Positions 48,148-59,041 are shown, counted from the first letter of the stretch. The stretch is 64,000 nt of DNA from Candidatus Heimdallarchaeota archaeon (GCA_020353515.1 CP070695.1:737065-801064); one strand, 5' to 3'. Notes: generated from the sequence alone by a model not told the origin. Numbers and translations: made by a program.

Positions 48148-49599
48148 ATGGTGATTACAAAGACCAAAATAGTGTGCACGATTGGACCAGCATCAGAGGA
48201 TCCTTCTGTATTTAAAAAATTAGTTGAAGCAGGGATGGATGTATGTCGCCTCAATTTCAGTCATGGGTCTTATTCAGATCACAAAGAACGATATAAACTT
48301 ATCAGAGAGGCTAGTGACGATCTTGCTGTCTTAGTTGATTTATGCGGACCAAAAATACGTACTGGAGAGGTAAAAAAAGGAACTGTTATCAAAACAGGTC
48401 AAAAATTTGAGATTTCTGAAGATATCAGTCTGGAAGGGGATTCCAAGGCATGTACAACTAATTATCCACCTCTTATAAAAGATGCAAAAGTCGGAAATCA
48501 TCTAGCAATCGATGATGGGTTACTACTGCTAAAAATTACTAAAAAGACAAAATCTGAGCTAGTTTGCAAAGTATTAAATGGTGGTCCACTAAAATCTAGA
48601 AAAGGAATAAATGCACCAGATGTACCCTTATCATTATATTTTCCTCTTGAAAAAGACTTACAAGACGTACGTTACGTCTTAAGAAAATTAGACATTGATT
48701 TTTTAGCTGCATCTTTTGTTCGTAGAAAAGAAGACATTCTGAGAGTTAGAGAGATATTGGATGAAGTACATTCACCTATCGGAATTATCAGTAAAATAGA
48801 ACATCGCGATGCCCTTAAGAATTTTGATGAAATTCTAAAGGTGTCCGATGGTATTATGGTTGCAAGAGGAGATCTAGGGATAGAAATCCCAACAGAACAA
48901 GTACCCATTGTTCAAAAGGAACTGATATCAAAGTGTAATCATATTGGGAAACCAGTGATTGTAGCCACCCAGATGTTAGAATCAATGATCAATAATCCGC
49001 GACCGACCCGAGCAGAAGCATCAGATGTGAGTAATGCAATCATAGATGGATCTGATGCAGTTATGTTATCTGGGGAGACTGCAGTTGGAAAATTTCCTGT
49101 AGAAGCTGTCCAATATCTAGAAAAAATAGCTAAAGCAGCAGAAGATCATGGATTACTGCGCCCAGTTGGTTATGGTATCGAACAACCTTCTATAACTGAA
49201 GTGTTTGGGAGAGGAGTTTATATGATTAGTCAAGAAGATCATTTGAATGTTAAAGCAATCCTTACAAATACAAGAAGGGGATCTACAGCAAAGCTTGTCG
49301 CAAAATATAGGCCAAAAACACCTATTATAGCTGGTACTCCCTATCCATCAACCAAACGCCAATTAAATTTAGTTTGGGGTGTATGCCCAATACAAGTTGA
49401 AGTAACCAATTCCTCGAATGAATTAAAATACCTTCTAGCAAAGGAGGCTCATGAAAGAGGTCTACTTCAGCCTGAAGACCAGGTACTTATAATTGGTGGC
49501 AGTCTCTTAGGTTTTCCTGCTTCAACAAATCTCATTCAAACGATGAAAGTTGATGATATCCTTCTTTTCGGTCAACAACTCAGACAACCAATGATGTAG
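48148..49599 (+). CDS. pyk: Pyruvate kinase
   Basis: TKIVCTIGPAS, RLNFSHG, GPKIRTG, IMVARGDLG, ATQMLESM, PTRAE.SDV. Confidence 0.98.
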   Translation: MVITKTKIVCTIGPASEDPSVFKKLVEAGMDVCRLNFSHGSYSDHKERYKLIREASDDLAVLVDLCGPKIRTGEVKKGTVIKTGQKFEISEDISLEGDSKACTTNYPPLIKDAKVGNHLAIDDGLLLLKITKKTKSELVCKVLNGGPLKSRKGINAPDVPLSLYFPLEKDLQDVRYVLRKLDIDFLAASFVRRKEDILRVREILDEVHSPIGIISKIEHRDALKNFDEILKVSDGIMVARGDLGIEIPTEQVPIVQKELISKCNHIGKPVIVATQMLESMINNPRPTRAEASDVSNAIIDGSDAVMLSGETAVGKFPVEAVQYLEKIAKAAEDHGLLRPVGYGIEQPSITEVFGRGVYMISQEDHLNVKAILTNTRRGSTAKLVAKYRPKTPIIAGTPYPSTKRQLNLVWGVCPIQVEVTNSSNELKYLLAKEAHERGLLQPEDQVLIIGGSLLGFPASTNLIQTMKVDDILLFGQQLRQPMM

Positions 49600-49636
49600 T
49601 GAGATAGATTTTTCAAAATAACCACCTGAAGGTTAG

Positions 49637-50875
49637 ATGAGGATGACCAAGCGAATTCCACTCCGATCATCAAAAAAATTGAAAGAGATTGCTACACGCT
49701 ATTATCGAGACTTGGATAGCGCAGCCAAGGATCCTAATCAGAAAATGGCTTGGTGTTCCAGTGTTGGGCCTGCAGAAATACTACTAGCGATGGGATTCAA
49801 AGTCTACTACCCTGAAAATCATACAGCTATGATCGGCGCTAGTCGTCTGGCAAATGAATATATACCAGTTTCAATAGCGCAGGGGTATTCACCGGAAATT
49901 TGTAGTTATCTAACCTCAGATATTGGTGCTTTTCTAAAGAAAGAGACTCCTCTAACTAAAGCGTATGGAATAAGTGAAGTTCCTAATCCTGATGTTCTTG
50001 TTTTTAATACAAATCAATGTAGAGATGTTCAAGATTGGTTTAAATGGTATGCTTTGAAGCTCGATGTTCCAATCGTGGGTATACATTCTCCCTCATTTAT
50101 TGACGAACTTTCAAGAAGTCATATTGACTCTGTAGTAGAGCAGATGAAAGATATGATTATTAAATTAGAACAAATTACAAATCAAAGCATGGATAAAAGC
50201 GAACTGGCAAAACGGGTTAGAATTTCTTTTGAATGTAGTCAAACATGGCAACAAGTCTTAGAAACAGCTGCTACTATACCTTCCCCTCTAACTTTCTTTG
50301 ATGGTTGTATCCATATGCTCCCTGCAGTTGTTTTAAGGGGAGAACAGATTGCTGTAGATTACTATGAATTGTTGAGAGAAGAACTTGATGAAAGAATTGA
50401 TGAAGGTATTGCAGCGGTTCCAGATGAGAAATACAGGATTTACTGGGAGGGTATGCCAATTTGGGGCAAATTGCGAGATTTATCAGAACAATTTTCAGAA
50501 CTAAAAACTTGTGTTGTGGCTTCAACTTATTGTAGTTCATGGATATTTACTGACTTTGGGGCTTCCTCTAACGATCCACTAGTGGGAATGGCTAAGGCTT
50601 ATACAGAGTTATTTATAAACAGGTCAGAATCTAGCAAGGAGGAATATTTAAAGAAAAAATTAGAAGAATTCAAGATAGATGGAATTATTTTTCATAATGC
50701 ACGCACATGTCCAAATAATTCCAACACTAGTTACGGGATGCCCAAGCGTATTGAAGATCAAACCAATATACCAAATTTAGTAATTGATGCTGATCTCAAT
50801 GACCTGAATGTCTATAGCGAAGAACAAACCAAAACTAATATTGAAGCTTTTATAGAACAGTTATCTGGGATATAA
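49637..50875 (+). CDS. 2-hydroxyacyl-CoA dehydratase family subunit (HgdA/B/FldB-like)
   Basis: YPEN, GYSPEICSY, NQC, RTC, IDADL.D, IEAFIE. Confidence 0.88.
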   Translation: MRMTKRIPLRSSKKLKEIATRYYRDLDSAAKDPNQKMAWCSSVGPAEILLAMGFKVYYPENHTAMIGASRLANEYIPVSIAQGYSPEICSYLTSDIGAFLKKETPLTKAYGISEVPNPDVLVFNTNQCRDVQDWFKWYALKLDVPIVGIHSPSFIDELSRSHIDSVVEQMKDMIIKLEQITNQSMDKSELAKRVRISFECSQTWQQVLETAATIPSPLTFFDGCIHMLPAVVLRGEQIAVDYYELLREELDERIDEGIAAVPDEKYRIYWEGMPIWGKLRDLSEQFSELKTCVVASTYCSSWIFTDFGASSNDPLVGMAKAYTELFINRSESSKEEYLKKKLEEFKIDGIIFHNARTCPNNSNTSYGMPKRIEDQTNIPNLVIDADLNDLNVYSEEQTKTNIEAFIEQLSGI

Positions 50876-50938
50876 AAAGGTCCACTATCAAATTGTTGTC
50901 TGGATTTGTTTTAGATCATAAGCAATGGAGAAAAAATT

Positions 50939-51727
50939 TTGTCTATATTTGCTGGAATAGATGTTGGGTCATCATTCACCAAAGTAGTTCTGATAGATCA
51001 GACAAAGAAAATTTTGGGAACAGATATTCGTTTCTCTGGGACAAGTTTACGATTAGCCGCTGAAAAAGGACTTAAGGCAGCTCTAGAAAATAATACTTCA
51101 TTTTCTGAGATCAAAAGAACTGTCTCAACTGGTTATGGAAGAAAAAACGTTAGTTTAGATAATCTAAAAATTACTACAATTACAGAGATTAGTTGTAATG
51201 CCAAAGCGGCACAATTTTATTATCCTAATAGAGCTCTTTCAATTGTCGATATTGGTGGTCAAGATACTAAAATTATTAAAACACGAGAAGACGGGAGGCG
51301 TGCAAGTTTCAAAATGAATAGAAAATGTGCAGCTGGAACTGGGACATTTCTGGAAGAATTAGCTTTAAAATTAAGAGTCCAACCAGATGAATTGGATAAG
51401 TTAGCAAGGCAGTCAACGCATGCAAAATCAATTAGTAGTTATTGTACAGTATTTGCCGCAACTGAGATCCTCAGTCGCATCAGAGAGGGGGCTTCTATTG
51501 AAGATATGGTTCGAGGTGCGTTTAATTCTGTTGTAAAACGAATTCTTGAGATTGATGTGTTAGATAATGAAGTTATATTAACTGGAGGGGTAGTAGCTCA
51601 CAATCCTACAATTATTGAAATTTTTGAAGAGGAAGTAGGCAGATCTGTTTCTGTACCACCTTCTCCTCAGTTATTTGTAGCTTTAGGTGCAGCTTTATAC
51701 GCCCTAGAAGAGGATACATCTATCTAG
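50939..51727 (+). CDS. CoA-substrate-specific enzyme activase (HgdC-like ASKHA ATPase)
   Basis: GIDVGS, TGYGR, DIGGQDTK, MNRKCAAGTG, CTVFA, TGGV. Confidence 0.93.
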   Translation: MSIFAGIDVGSSFTKVVLIDQTKKILGTDIRFSGTSLRLAAEKGLKAALENNTSFSEIKRTVSTGYGRKNVSLDNLKITTITEISCNAKAAQFYYPNRALSIVDIGGQDTKIIKTREDGRRASFKMNRKCAAGTGTFLEELALKLRVQPDELDKLARQSTHAKSISSYCTVFAATEILSRIREGASIEDMVRGAFNSVVKRILEIDVLDNEVILTGGVVAHNPTIIEIFEEEVGRSVSVPPSPQLFVALGAALYALEEDTSI

Positions 51728-51867
51728 AGATTCTATTATTTACGATTGGAATAATTTCTATTGTGTACAATGTTCCGCGAAAGGTAGACATATAAAAACG
51801 AACATCATCCTGTGTTTTAGATACATTCTATAATGTTAAAAAGCTCAGAGATAGGTGAAAAATAAAA

Positions 51868-52245
51868 ATGACATATAAACCAGATAGTGGGCAACGAATT
51901 GATGACCCTATGCGAGTAATGGTATCTACTACTGATGAGATTCCTGGATTTGAAGTTGAACAGTATTTAGGAATTACTTTTGGTATTACCGTGAGGTCAC
52001 GAGGCCTTGGTGGCAGATGTGTCGGGGGCTGCGAGGCTTGTTTTGGAGGAGAAGTGACCGCATACACGCAGAGTGCTGTTGAAGCTAGGAATGACGCGAT
52101 ATATCGGCTATGTGCCGAAGTTGCAGAGCGAGGTGGTAATGGAGTAGTTGGTGTAAAATTTGATTCATCTCGTTCTGGACAAGATTCCTCGATGACCGAT
52201 ATAGTAGCCTATGGAACAGCTGTTCGTGTACGACCAAAGGTGTAA
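51868..52245 (+). CDS. YbjQ/UPF0145 family protein
   Basis: GGEVTAY...AR..A...GGNGVVGVKFD...AYGTAV. Confidence 0.9.
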   Translation: MTYKPDSGQRIDDPMRVMVSTTDEIPGFEVEQYLGITFGITVRSRGLGGRCVGGCEACFGGEVTAYTQSAVEARNDAIYRLCAEVAERGGNGVVGVKFDSSRSGQDSSMTDIVAYGTAVRVRPKV

Positions 52246-52326
52246 AGGATTATCTGGAAGTGAGAACCTATCCTTTCAAATAATGTATTTCTGAAATCAT
52301 TACCTAGAAATCATCGGATACATTTT

Positions 52327-52944
52327 TTGAAACGATTTCTTCAACTTATGCTACCATTTAACTTCTCTCACCATCCATTATGTAATAATTATCGACAAGA
52401 AGTATTTAAGATTGGCTCCTGGTTTCTCTGTAGAGGATGTTTTTGCGTTTACAGCTCAATGCTTATCTCACTTCTCATTACTGTATTTGTTAATCCTTTT
52501 AGTACTTTTTCAATTATTGAGGTCTTTCTCATTGTTCTGATTGTTAGTAGTCCCACTTGGATAGGATTTTTATTTAATTTTAGAAACCGTCTGATGAAAG
52601 ATCTTCTTAGAATTTCATTAGGTATCGGGTGGGGGATCGCTCTAGGTGAACTCTTGTTACAGACTTCTTGGAGTGACAAAATTGCGATATTTTTACTTAT
52701 GATTACTTTTTGGTTTATTTTTAGAAAAATACGTAGAATTAAAACAAGTAGAAAAACTCTAACATTGTGTAAGAATTGTGTTGAACTGAATAATAGTGCA
52801 TGTCCAGGTTATAAAATGCAATTTGAAGCAGAGCGGCAATATAGTCGTGAAGTGAGCGATTTCTTACAACAAAAGCTTAACTGGAACGATATTCGGAAAG
52901 GATTACAAAAATCTCACATTTCTGAAATTGAGGGGTCAGTATAA
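52327..52944 (+). CDS. DUF2085-like Cys/His membrane protein
   Basis: SHHPLC...FLCRGC followed by TM helices; C-terminal CxxC...C. Confidence 0.65.
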   Translation: MKRFLQLMLPFNFSHHPLCNNYRQEVFKIGSWFLCRGCFCVYSSMLISLLITVFVNPFSTFSIIEVFLIVLIVSSPTWIGFLFNFRNRLMKDLLRISLGIGWGIALGELLLQTSWSDKIAIFLLMITFWFIFRKIRRIKTSRKTLTLCKNCVELNNSACPGYKMQFEAERQYSREVSDFLQQKLNWNDIRKGLQKSHISEIEGSV

Positions 52945-53128
52945 AGAGAATTAATCGAATTTGATGATTCCTTTTTAAAGAACAAATCCTGTTTCAGTGT
53001 TCTATCAGAAAGTAGTACAAAAAAACATTAATAATTGATCCTCTTTTAGTGTAAAATCAATTGGATTTTAATTTTCATTCTTTGATATTGGATCCAATGG
53101 AATGGATAACTGAGTTGAGGATTGAAAT

Positions 53129-54070
53129 TTGACAAACAATGATTATAAAGTAGCTATAATAGGGGCAGGCCCATCAGGTGGTATTTTAGGTTCCTTTCTT
53201 GTTAAGAAGAATGTAGAAGTGATTTTAGTAGATATTTGGAAAGCTCACATGGAAGCAATCCAAAATTATGGCTTACAAGTAATTGGAGCCGCAACAATCA
53301 CTACTCAATTTGATCCAGAACACTTGAAATTGTCTATTTCCGATTTAAAAGACACCGATGTGAATCTAATAATTATTTCAGTTAAGACTCCATATTTAGA
53401 ACGAGTAGTCCAAGATCTTAAACCAGTCATTTCAGATGATACTTTAGTAATAAGCCATCAAAATGGATTTGGGACTGAAATCGTGCTTGCAAAGGCATTT
53501 GGAGAAGAGAGAGCTTTTCGCAACGTGATAAATTACGCTGGAAATGTCCTAAGACCTGGGATTATTGATATGACCTTTTTTAATCCTCCTAACTATGTTG
53601 GTTCTTATTCACCCAAGAGGCAAGACAAAGCGCGTGAAATCGCTGACTTAATCTCTTCACCAGATTTTGCTGCAAAATTTGTGGAGGATATTCAGCCTGA
53701 AGTATGGAAAAAAGTAATCTTAAATGCAGCTCTCGCACCAGTGTGTGCAATCACTGGTCAAACGATGAGAGAGGCCATGGATTTCGCAGATACAAATAAA
53801 ATAGCTAGTGAAATTATTAAAGAGGGGATTACTGTTACTAAAGCTCTAGGAATCTCTTTTGGAGATAATTTTCATGATATTTGTATGGGATATTTATCCA
53901 AGGGAGGCCATCATAAACCGAGTATGCTAATAGATATTGAGAATCGAAGTCCAACAGAAATCGCATTTATTAATGGGAAAATTGTGGAAGTTGGTAAACA
54001 ATACGATATCCCTACTCCATATAATGAAGCAACAGTCACTTATGTGCGGGGATTAGAATCAAAATATTGA
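53129..54070 (+). CDS. panE: Ketopantoate reductase family
   Basis: IIGAGPSG, SVK, QNG, WKKVILN, SMLID...TEI.FING. Confidence 0.88.
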   Translation: MTNNDYKVAIIGAGPSGGILGSFLVKKNVEVILVDIWKAHMEAIQNYGLQVIGAATITTQFDPEHLKLSISDLKDTDVNLIIISVKTPYLERVVQDLKPVISDDTLVISHQNGFGTEIVLAKAFGEERAFRNVINYAGNVLRPGIIDMTFFNPPNYVGSYSPKRQDKAREIADLISSPDFAAKFVEDIQPEVWKKVILNAALAPVCAITGQTMREAMDFADTNKIASEIIKEGITVTKALGISFGDNFHDICMGYLSKGGHHKPSMLIDIENRSPTEIAFINGKIVEVGKQYDIPTPYNEATVTYVRGLESKY

Positions 54071-54577
54071 TTGAAGTCAAACATAAAGAAACGGTTTTCA
54101 ATGATTGATCCAATATATTTGAAAGCCCTGAAATCCCTGATTTACCGTTTAGAATCTTCAAATATTATATGGGGGGTTACAGGAAGTTTAAGCATGGCAT
54201 TACAAGGGGTTCCTGTTGTACCTAATGATATTGATATTCAAACAGATGAAAAAGGAGCATATGAAATTCAGAAACTCTTCAAAGACCATATAATAAAACC
54301 AATAAATTTTTCTGGTAATTCAATGATAAAATCTCATTTTGGAAGCATTAGGGTCTGTGACATACTGATAGAGATCATGGGAGGAGTCCAAAAGTTACTT
54401 CCAAATGGGTCTTGGGAACCAGCAGTTGATATACAGCCTCACCGTCAATTTATCAAGTTGAAAGGTATGCACATACCAGTATTATCTTTGAAATATGAAG
54501 AATCCGCCTATAGGAAATTGGGGCGAATTGAAAGAGCAGATCTTCTGAAAAAATATTTAGAAAATAAGAAAGGTTAA
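54071..54577 (+). CDS. Nucleotidyltransferase-family protein
   Basis: WGVTGS.SMALQG....NDIDIQTD (GS...DxD). Confidence 0.8.
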   Translation: MKSNIKKRFSMIDPIYLKALKSLIYRLESSNIIWGVTGSLSMALQGVPVVPNDIDIQTDEKGAYEIQKLFKDHIIKPINFSGNSMIKSHFGSIRVCDILIEIMGGVQKLLPNGSWEPAVDIQPHRQFIKLKGMHIPVLSLKYEESAYRKLGRIERADLLKKYLENKKG

Positions 54578-54744
54578 TCAAATTACATATATTCGAATAT
54601 TGGGGTTTTATTCTTGATCCTACAGAGAAAAGTGGTGTGTCTATCCTTTTCTAAGGATCCTTATTGACTCTCTAGCATATCTCGTCCAATTGGAATTAGA
54701 GCTGATCTTTAATGATTTTACTTAAGTTGTAAAATTTAATTTCA

Positions 54745-54963
54745 TCAGGCAATTAATCTTCGAGGAATATAACCGCTAAGCTTCCTATTACGAGGAATAC
54801 GAGAAGCAAAAGCATCCATTCCACATTCAGAACACTTTAAGCGAAGCATAAGATGATTAACAATTGCAGAAAGGCTATGAATGTGACACCAGGGGCAAAC
54901 TAACTCCATTTCTGCTCGTGATTGAACCTCTGAATCCTCTACCATTTCAATAGTCATAGGCAT
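54745..54963 (-). CDS. Small zinc-ribbon protein
   Basis: CPWC-x17-CSEC; strong GGAGG SD upstream. Confidence 0.7.
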   Translation of the reverse strand: MPMTIEMVEDSEVQSRAEMELVCPWCHIHSLSAIVNHLMLRLKCSECGMDAFASRIPRNRKLSGYIPRRLIA

Positions 54964-55051
54964 AACCTCCTTTCTTTTTTTAATTGGTTAATATCAACGA
55001 AAAATTTTTCTAGTTCTGGAATATTCAAGATATTGAAATTCAACAGATTAA

Positions 55052-55507
55052 CTATGAGATATATTCGTAAATTCGTTCCTCTTTAAGTAATTTGGAGACT
55101 TCTGAAACACCTTGGAATTTTTTTAAATGTAAAATGAAATTATTTAAGTCTTGTAAGTTCTTAGAAAGAACCTCAAGCATAAACAAATTTTGGTCACTGG
55201 CTCGATAGAGAGAGAGAAGTCTACTGTTACTTGTCCCTGCTTTTGACGGTAAATCCTCTATTTGGATATAATTATCATAACTAGGTTCTAGTCGAAATGT
55301 AATAATCGCTTGAATTTCATATCCAAGATTTTCGGGGAATGTAACAACTCTGAAACCATTGATTATCCCTTTCTTCTGCAGTCGTTTAATACGATTCCTA
55401 ACTGTACCTTCAGTTTTTTGAATAGACTTAGCAATATCAGTAAATTTAGTTCTACCGTTTTGATCCAGAATTTCTAGAATTTTCCTATCAATTTCATCAT
55501 GATACAT
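55052..55507 (-). CDS. Lrp/AsnC-family regulator
   Basis: DEIDRKILEILDQNGR..FTDIAK...EGTVRNRIKRL...GII. Confidence 0.93.
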   Translation of the reverse strand: MYHDEIDRKILEILDQNGRTKFTDIAKSIQKTEGTVRNRIKRLQKKGIINGFRVVTFPENLGYEIQAIITFRLEPSYDNYIQIEDLPSKAGTSNSRLLSLYRASDQNLFMLEVLSKNLQDLNNFILHLKKFQGVSEVSKLLKEERIYEYIS

Positions 55508-55625
55508 AGAGTTTCCTCCACATTTCTTTCACGATTTTGTCTCTATGGTTAACAGTAAAATTAGATTGAACTTTCTTAAGTTATTATGTTAATTACGATT
55601 AACGAAATATTGTATTCAAGAAGAA

Positions 55626-55642
55626 CAACTCAAATTGAGTTG
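55626..55642. promoter_or_regulatory. Perfect 8-1-8 palindrome, putative operator
   Basis: caactcaa-a-ttgagttg between the divergent Lrp and response-regulator genes. Confidence 0.5.
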
Positions 55643-55800
55643 AGATAAAATAATTCAAATCACGTAAGAATATAATATTCAGATCAACACTTCAAATGAT
55701 ATTATATAGAAATTTGATATTAATAGTGTTGGTTCATTCTAACTATCAGATCGAATAAGATGATGAAGCTGAATTACTTTTACAATAGGAAAACATTACT

Positions 55801-56946
55801 ATGAGGATATTAATTGTTGACGATAATACAACTTTCTTGGAGACAATGAGTAGGATTTTACTTTTAGATCAACACGAAATTTCTACTGCAACTTCAGCGG
55901 AGGAAGCTTTAAAGTTGATTGTGAAAGAAAATTTCGATCTACTTTTAACGGATTTAAAGATGGGAGAATTATCAGGTATTGATTTAATTAAAGAGATCAG
56001 AGGAAAAGGTATCAATTTAATAAGTATAGTAATAACTGGATATGGAAGTATTGATTCAGCTGTAGAGGCTATGAAAACTGGTGCTTATGATTATATCTTG
56101 AAACCATTTGAATTTTCACCTTTAAGAGAAAAAATAGAAGAAGTACAGGAAGAAGTGAGACTAAGGAACAGATTTTCCTTTTCTCCATTTGTGAATCAGC
56201 AAAGCTTACCCGATTTTACAATAGAGAGTACCATCGATGAGTATGAACATCCTTTCTTAGTCATTTCTAATGAAGATCCCCAAAAGATTACTAATGAATA
56301 TAAAATTGAAAATGCGTTAAAAATATTTCTAGGTTTCATTAAAGGAGACAATATAATTCCTCCAACAAAGCTACACCTTTTGAAACATCAAATTGAAGAA
56401 TTTATCATAACAAGAGGGAAAGGAACCATTATTTTTAAGGGGATAGAAGAACTTTACCGAGTTCACAATTGGAGTCACTTTAAAGGATTCATAGATGAAT
56501 TAAATCAGCAAATAATGGCATCAAATTTCTCTCTTATTTTCTTGATTGATGAAAATGATCATGCAGTATATCATCCATTGATTCATGATACTCTCTCATT
56601 ACTTTCAAGTCACACATTTAATAGTATAATTAATCTAATTTCACATCCTTTAAGGAAAGATATCATAAATCTATTGAAACCTCATTCTAAGTTAAATTTT
56701 AATAAAATAATCGAAGAATTACAAATCAAAAGTTCCTCCTCCTTTGCCTTTCACATGAAGAAATTGGTTGAGGAGAATATTTTAGAAAAAGAAGATAATC
56801 TATATTGTCTAACACAACGAGGGAATTACTTGGCTGAAATCATATTCATCTTAGAAAAAATTGGATTTGTCGATCCAGGATCGAAAATAAGAATTTTTAA
56901 TCATATTAGAAAAACAACAAAGGTCGAAACCTCTAAAGAATCATAA
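55801..56946 (+). CDS. Response regulator REC - DUF835(iKaiC)-like - wHTH
   Basis: ILIVDD, LTD (phospho-Asp), TGYG, KPF; middle IPPTKL...IIFKGIEEL; C-terminal HPLRKDII...SSSSFAFHMKKL. Confidence 0.85.
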   Translation: MRILIVDDNTTFLETMSRILLLDQHEISTATSAEEALKLIVKENFDLLLTDLKMGELSGIDLIKEIRGKGINLISIVITGYGSIDSAVEAMKTGAYDYILKPFEFSPLREKIEEVQEEVRLRNRFSFSPFVNQQSLPDFTIESTIDEYEHPFLVISNEDPQKITNEYKIENALKIFLGFIKGDNIIPPTKLHLLKHQIEEFIITRGKGTIIFKGIEELYRVHNWSHFKGFIDELNQQIMASNFSLIFLIDENDHAVYHPLIHDTLSLLSSHTFNSIINLISHPLRKDIINLLKPHSKLNFNKIIEELQIKSSSSFAFHMKKLVEENILEKEDNLYCLTQRGNYLAEIIFILEKIGFVDPGSKIRIFNHIRKTTKVETSKES

Positions 56947-57085
56947 TTTAAACCTAGACCTCTTCTTTTAGATAAAATCATTATTGTTTGTCCATATTAT
57001 ATTATTGAGTTGGACAGATGTAATTTTTATTAGACTCATAAAATTGCAAATTTAATGAATCTGAGTTGACTGATTATAGAAAAAA

Positions 57086-58957
57086 TTGGAGGAGTATAAC
57101 CTGATAAGAGATTATCAGCATACAAAATTGATAGATTCTCTTGATTATCCTTTTTATATCATTGATGTTTCTGACTACACCCTTAAACTATGTAACTCGA
57201 CAGCTAAAACGATTTTTGGTGATTATAAATCCACAGACACATGTTATTCTCTCACCCATGGGAGAAAAACACCATGTACAGGCGAAGAACACCCTTGTCC
57301 TCTAAAATTAGTGAAAAAAAAGAAAAAACCAGTTACAATTGAACATGTACACCTGGATACTGAGGGAAAAATGAGAGTTTATGAAATTCATTGTCATCCA
57401 ATATTTGACGAAAATGGAACAATTAAACAAGCAATTGAATATACACTGGACATTACTGAACGAAAAAAAGTTGAAAGGTCTTTACAGAGATCAAAGGAAA
57501 ATTTAAATCAAACAAATCAGTTACTTGAACAAATTTTAAACACCACAGATATATTGATCGCCTTTATGGATCCACAGTTCAACTTTGTTAAGGTAAATCG
57601 TGCATATGCTCGAGCTGATGATCAAGAACCTGAATTTTTCCCTGGTCGAAATCATTTCGATTTGTACCCTAATAAAGAAAATGAAAAGATCTTCAATCGG
57701 GTAGTTAAGCAAAAGGAACCATATTTTACCATTGCAAAAGCTTTTAGCTATGAAGAACATCCTGAAAGAGGAGTTTCTTATTGGGACTGGAGTTTGATCC
57801 CAATCTTTGATCTTAATAATATAGTAATGGGATTAGTTTTGACCTTACAAGATGTTACTGATCGTGTAAGAATGGAAAAAGCATTAAAACAGTCAGAAAA
57901 GAAATTCAAGAGTATAACAGAACTAGCACACGAAATTATTATGAGGATTAAACCTGATGGAAAATGTACTTATATTAATAGATCAGGAGTAGAATTCTTT
58001 GGAAAACTCAAGAAAGAGATATTACAAGATAATATTTTAAATTTTGTACACGCTAATGACCTAAGGAAGATGAAATTATTTTTAAAACGAGTTACGAGGG
58101 ATATAGACCACATTGAGGAAACAATAATCAACTTTATAGTGCCTATAGGAGTAAGAGTAATTGAATGGAACGCTTCTCCGATTATTGATGATTCTAGGAA
58201 TGTGGTTGAAGTTCAGCTGAGTGGTAGAGACATTACAGAACTTCAAGAAGAATTAATTGAAATTAATAAGCTAGCAGCAGTAGGACAGCTCGCTGCAGGA
58301 GTTGCTCATGAAATAAATTCACCTTTAGCAAACATTACACTCAAAGCTGAATATTTATTGAATGTTATTAACCAAGAAGCTTCAACTCTCGAAAAAAGCT
58401 TATTAGACAGGGAACTTGTAAGTATAAAGAATGAAGTAAAAATGTGCTCTAAGATTGTAACAGAACTTCTACAATTTTCAAGGAAAATATACCTTACTCC
58501 AACTAATTTTAAAGTTAAACCTCTCATATCAAAGCTTCTTAGTTCTCCATCCATAAACTTTAGAATAATCGAAAAGAAAATAAGTGTTAATCTACAAATC
58601 AAAGAAGATCTTGAAGCTATTGGTGATAAAGCTTTACTATCTCAAGTATTTCAAAATATAATCAACAATTCAATAGATGCAATGGAGAATATCAAGGTCA
58701 AACCTCGAATTACTATCGCAGTTGTCAAGAAAGGGAATATACTTGAAATTAAAATGACAGATAATGGGATTGGTATTAAAAAAATAAATTTAACCAGAGT
58801 ATTTGAACCCTTCTTTTCAACCAAACCGTTAGGAAAAGGTACAGGCCTGGGATTATCCATCTGTAGGGGGATAATAGAAAAACATAAAGGAAAAATCAAA
58901 ATTAAGAGTACCTATGGACATGGAACCGAAATTCTAATAACAATACCAAATTGTTGA
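57086..58957 (+). CDS. Multi-PAS sensor histidine kinase
   Basis: AGVAHEINSPL, NIINNSIDA, DNGIG, FEPFFSTK, GTGLGL. Confidence 0.95.
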   Translation: MEEYNLIRDYQHTKLIDSLDYPFYIIDVSDYTLKLCNSTAKTIFGDYKSTDTCYSLTHGRKTPCTGEEHPCPLKLVKKKKKPVTIEHVHLDTEGKMRVYEIHCHPIFDENGTIKQAIEYTLDITERKKVERSLQRSKENLNQTNQLLEQILNTTDILIAFMDPQFNFVKVNRAYARADDQEPEFFPGRNHFDLYPNKENEKIFNRVVKQKEPYFTIAKAFSYEEHPERGVSYWDWSLIPIFDLNNIVMGLVLTLQDVTDRVRMEKALKQSEKKFKSITELAHEIIMRIKPDGKCTYINRSGVEFFGKLKKEILQDNILNFVHANDLRKMKLFLKRVTRDIDHIEETIINFIVPIGVRVIEWNASPIIDDSRNVVEVQLSGRDITELQEELIEINKLAAVGQLAAGVAHEINSPLANITLKAEYLLNVINQEASTLEKSLLDRELVSIKNEVKMCSKIVTELLQFSRKIYLTPTNFKVKPLISKLLSSPSINFRIIEKKISVNLQIKEDLEAIGDKALLSQVFQNIINNSIDAMENIKVKPRITIAVVKKGNILEIKMTDNGIGIKKINLTRVFEPFFSTKPLGKGTGLGLSICRGIIEKHKGKIKIKSTYGHGTEILITIPNC

Positions 58958-58980
58958 TCCTCGGCAGGCTACACCACTCA

Positions 58981-58997
58981 GACATTAGAATAATGTC
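58981..58997. terminator. Inverted repeat between convergent genes
   Basis: gacatta-gaa-taatgtc. Confidence 0.4.
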
Positions 58998-59041
58998 CGT
59001 ATAGTAGTATCTTATACATACGTCATTGATAAATAATCCAA

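Noticed and set aside
54068-54073. In-frame TGA between panE and the nucleotidyltransferase, as a possible selenocysteine/readthrough fusion
   Set aside because: PanE ends at its normal C-terminus, the position is not a Cys-equivalent site, no SECIS was recognised, and the downstream gene has its own ATG.
55567-55594. Second dif-like arm (ttatgttaatt)
   Set aside because: No matching left arm at 6-bp spacing.
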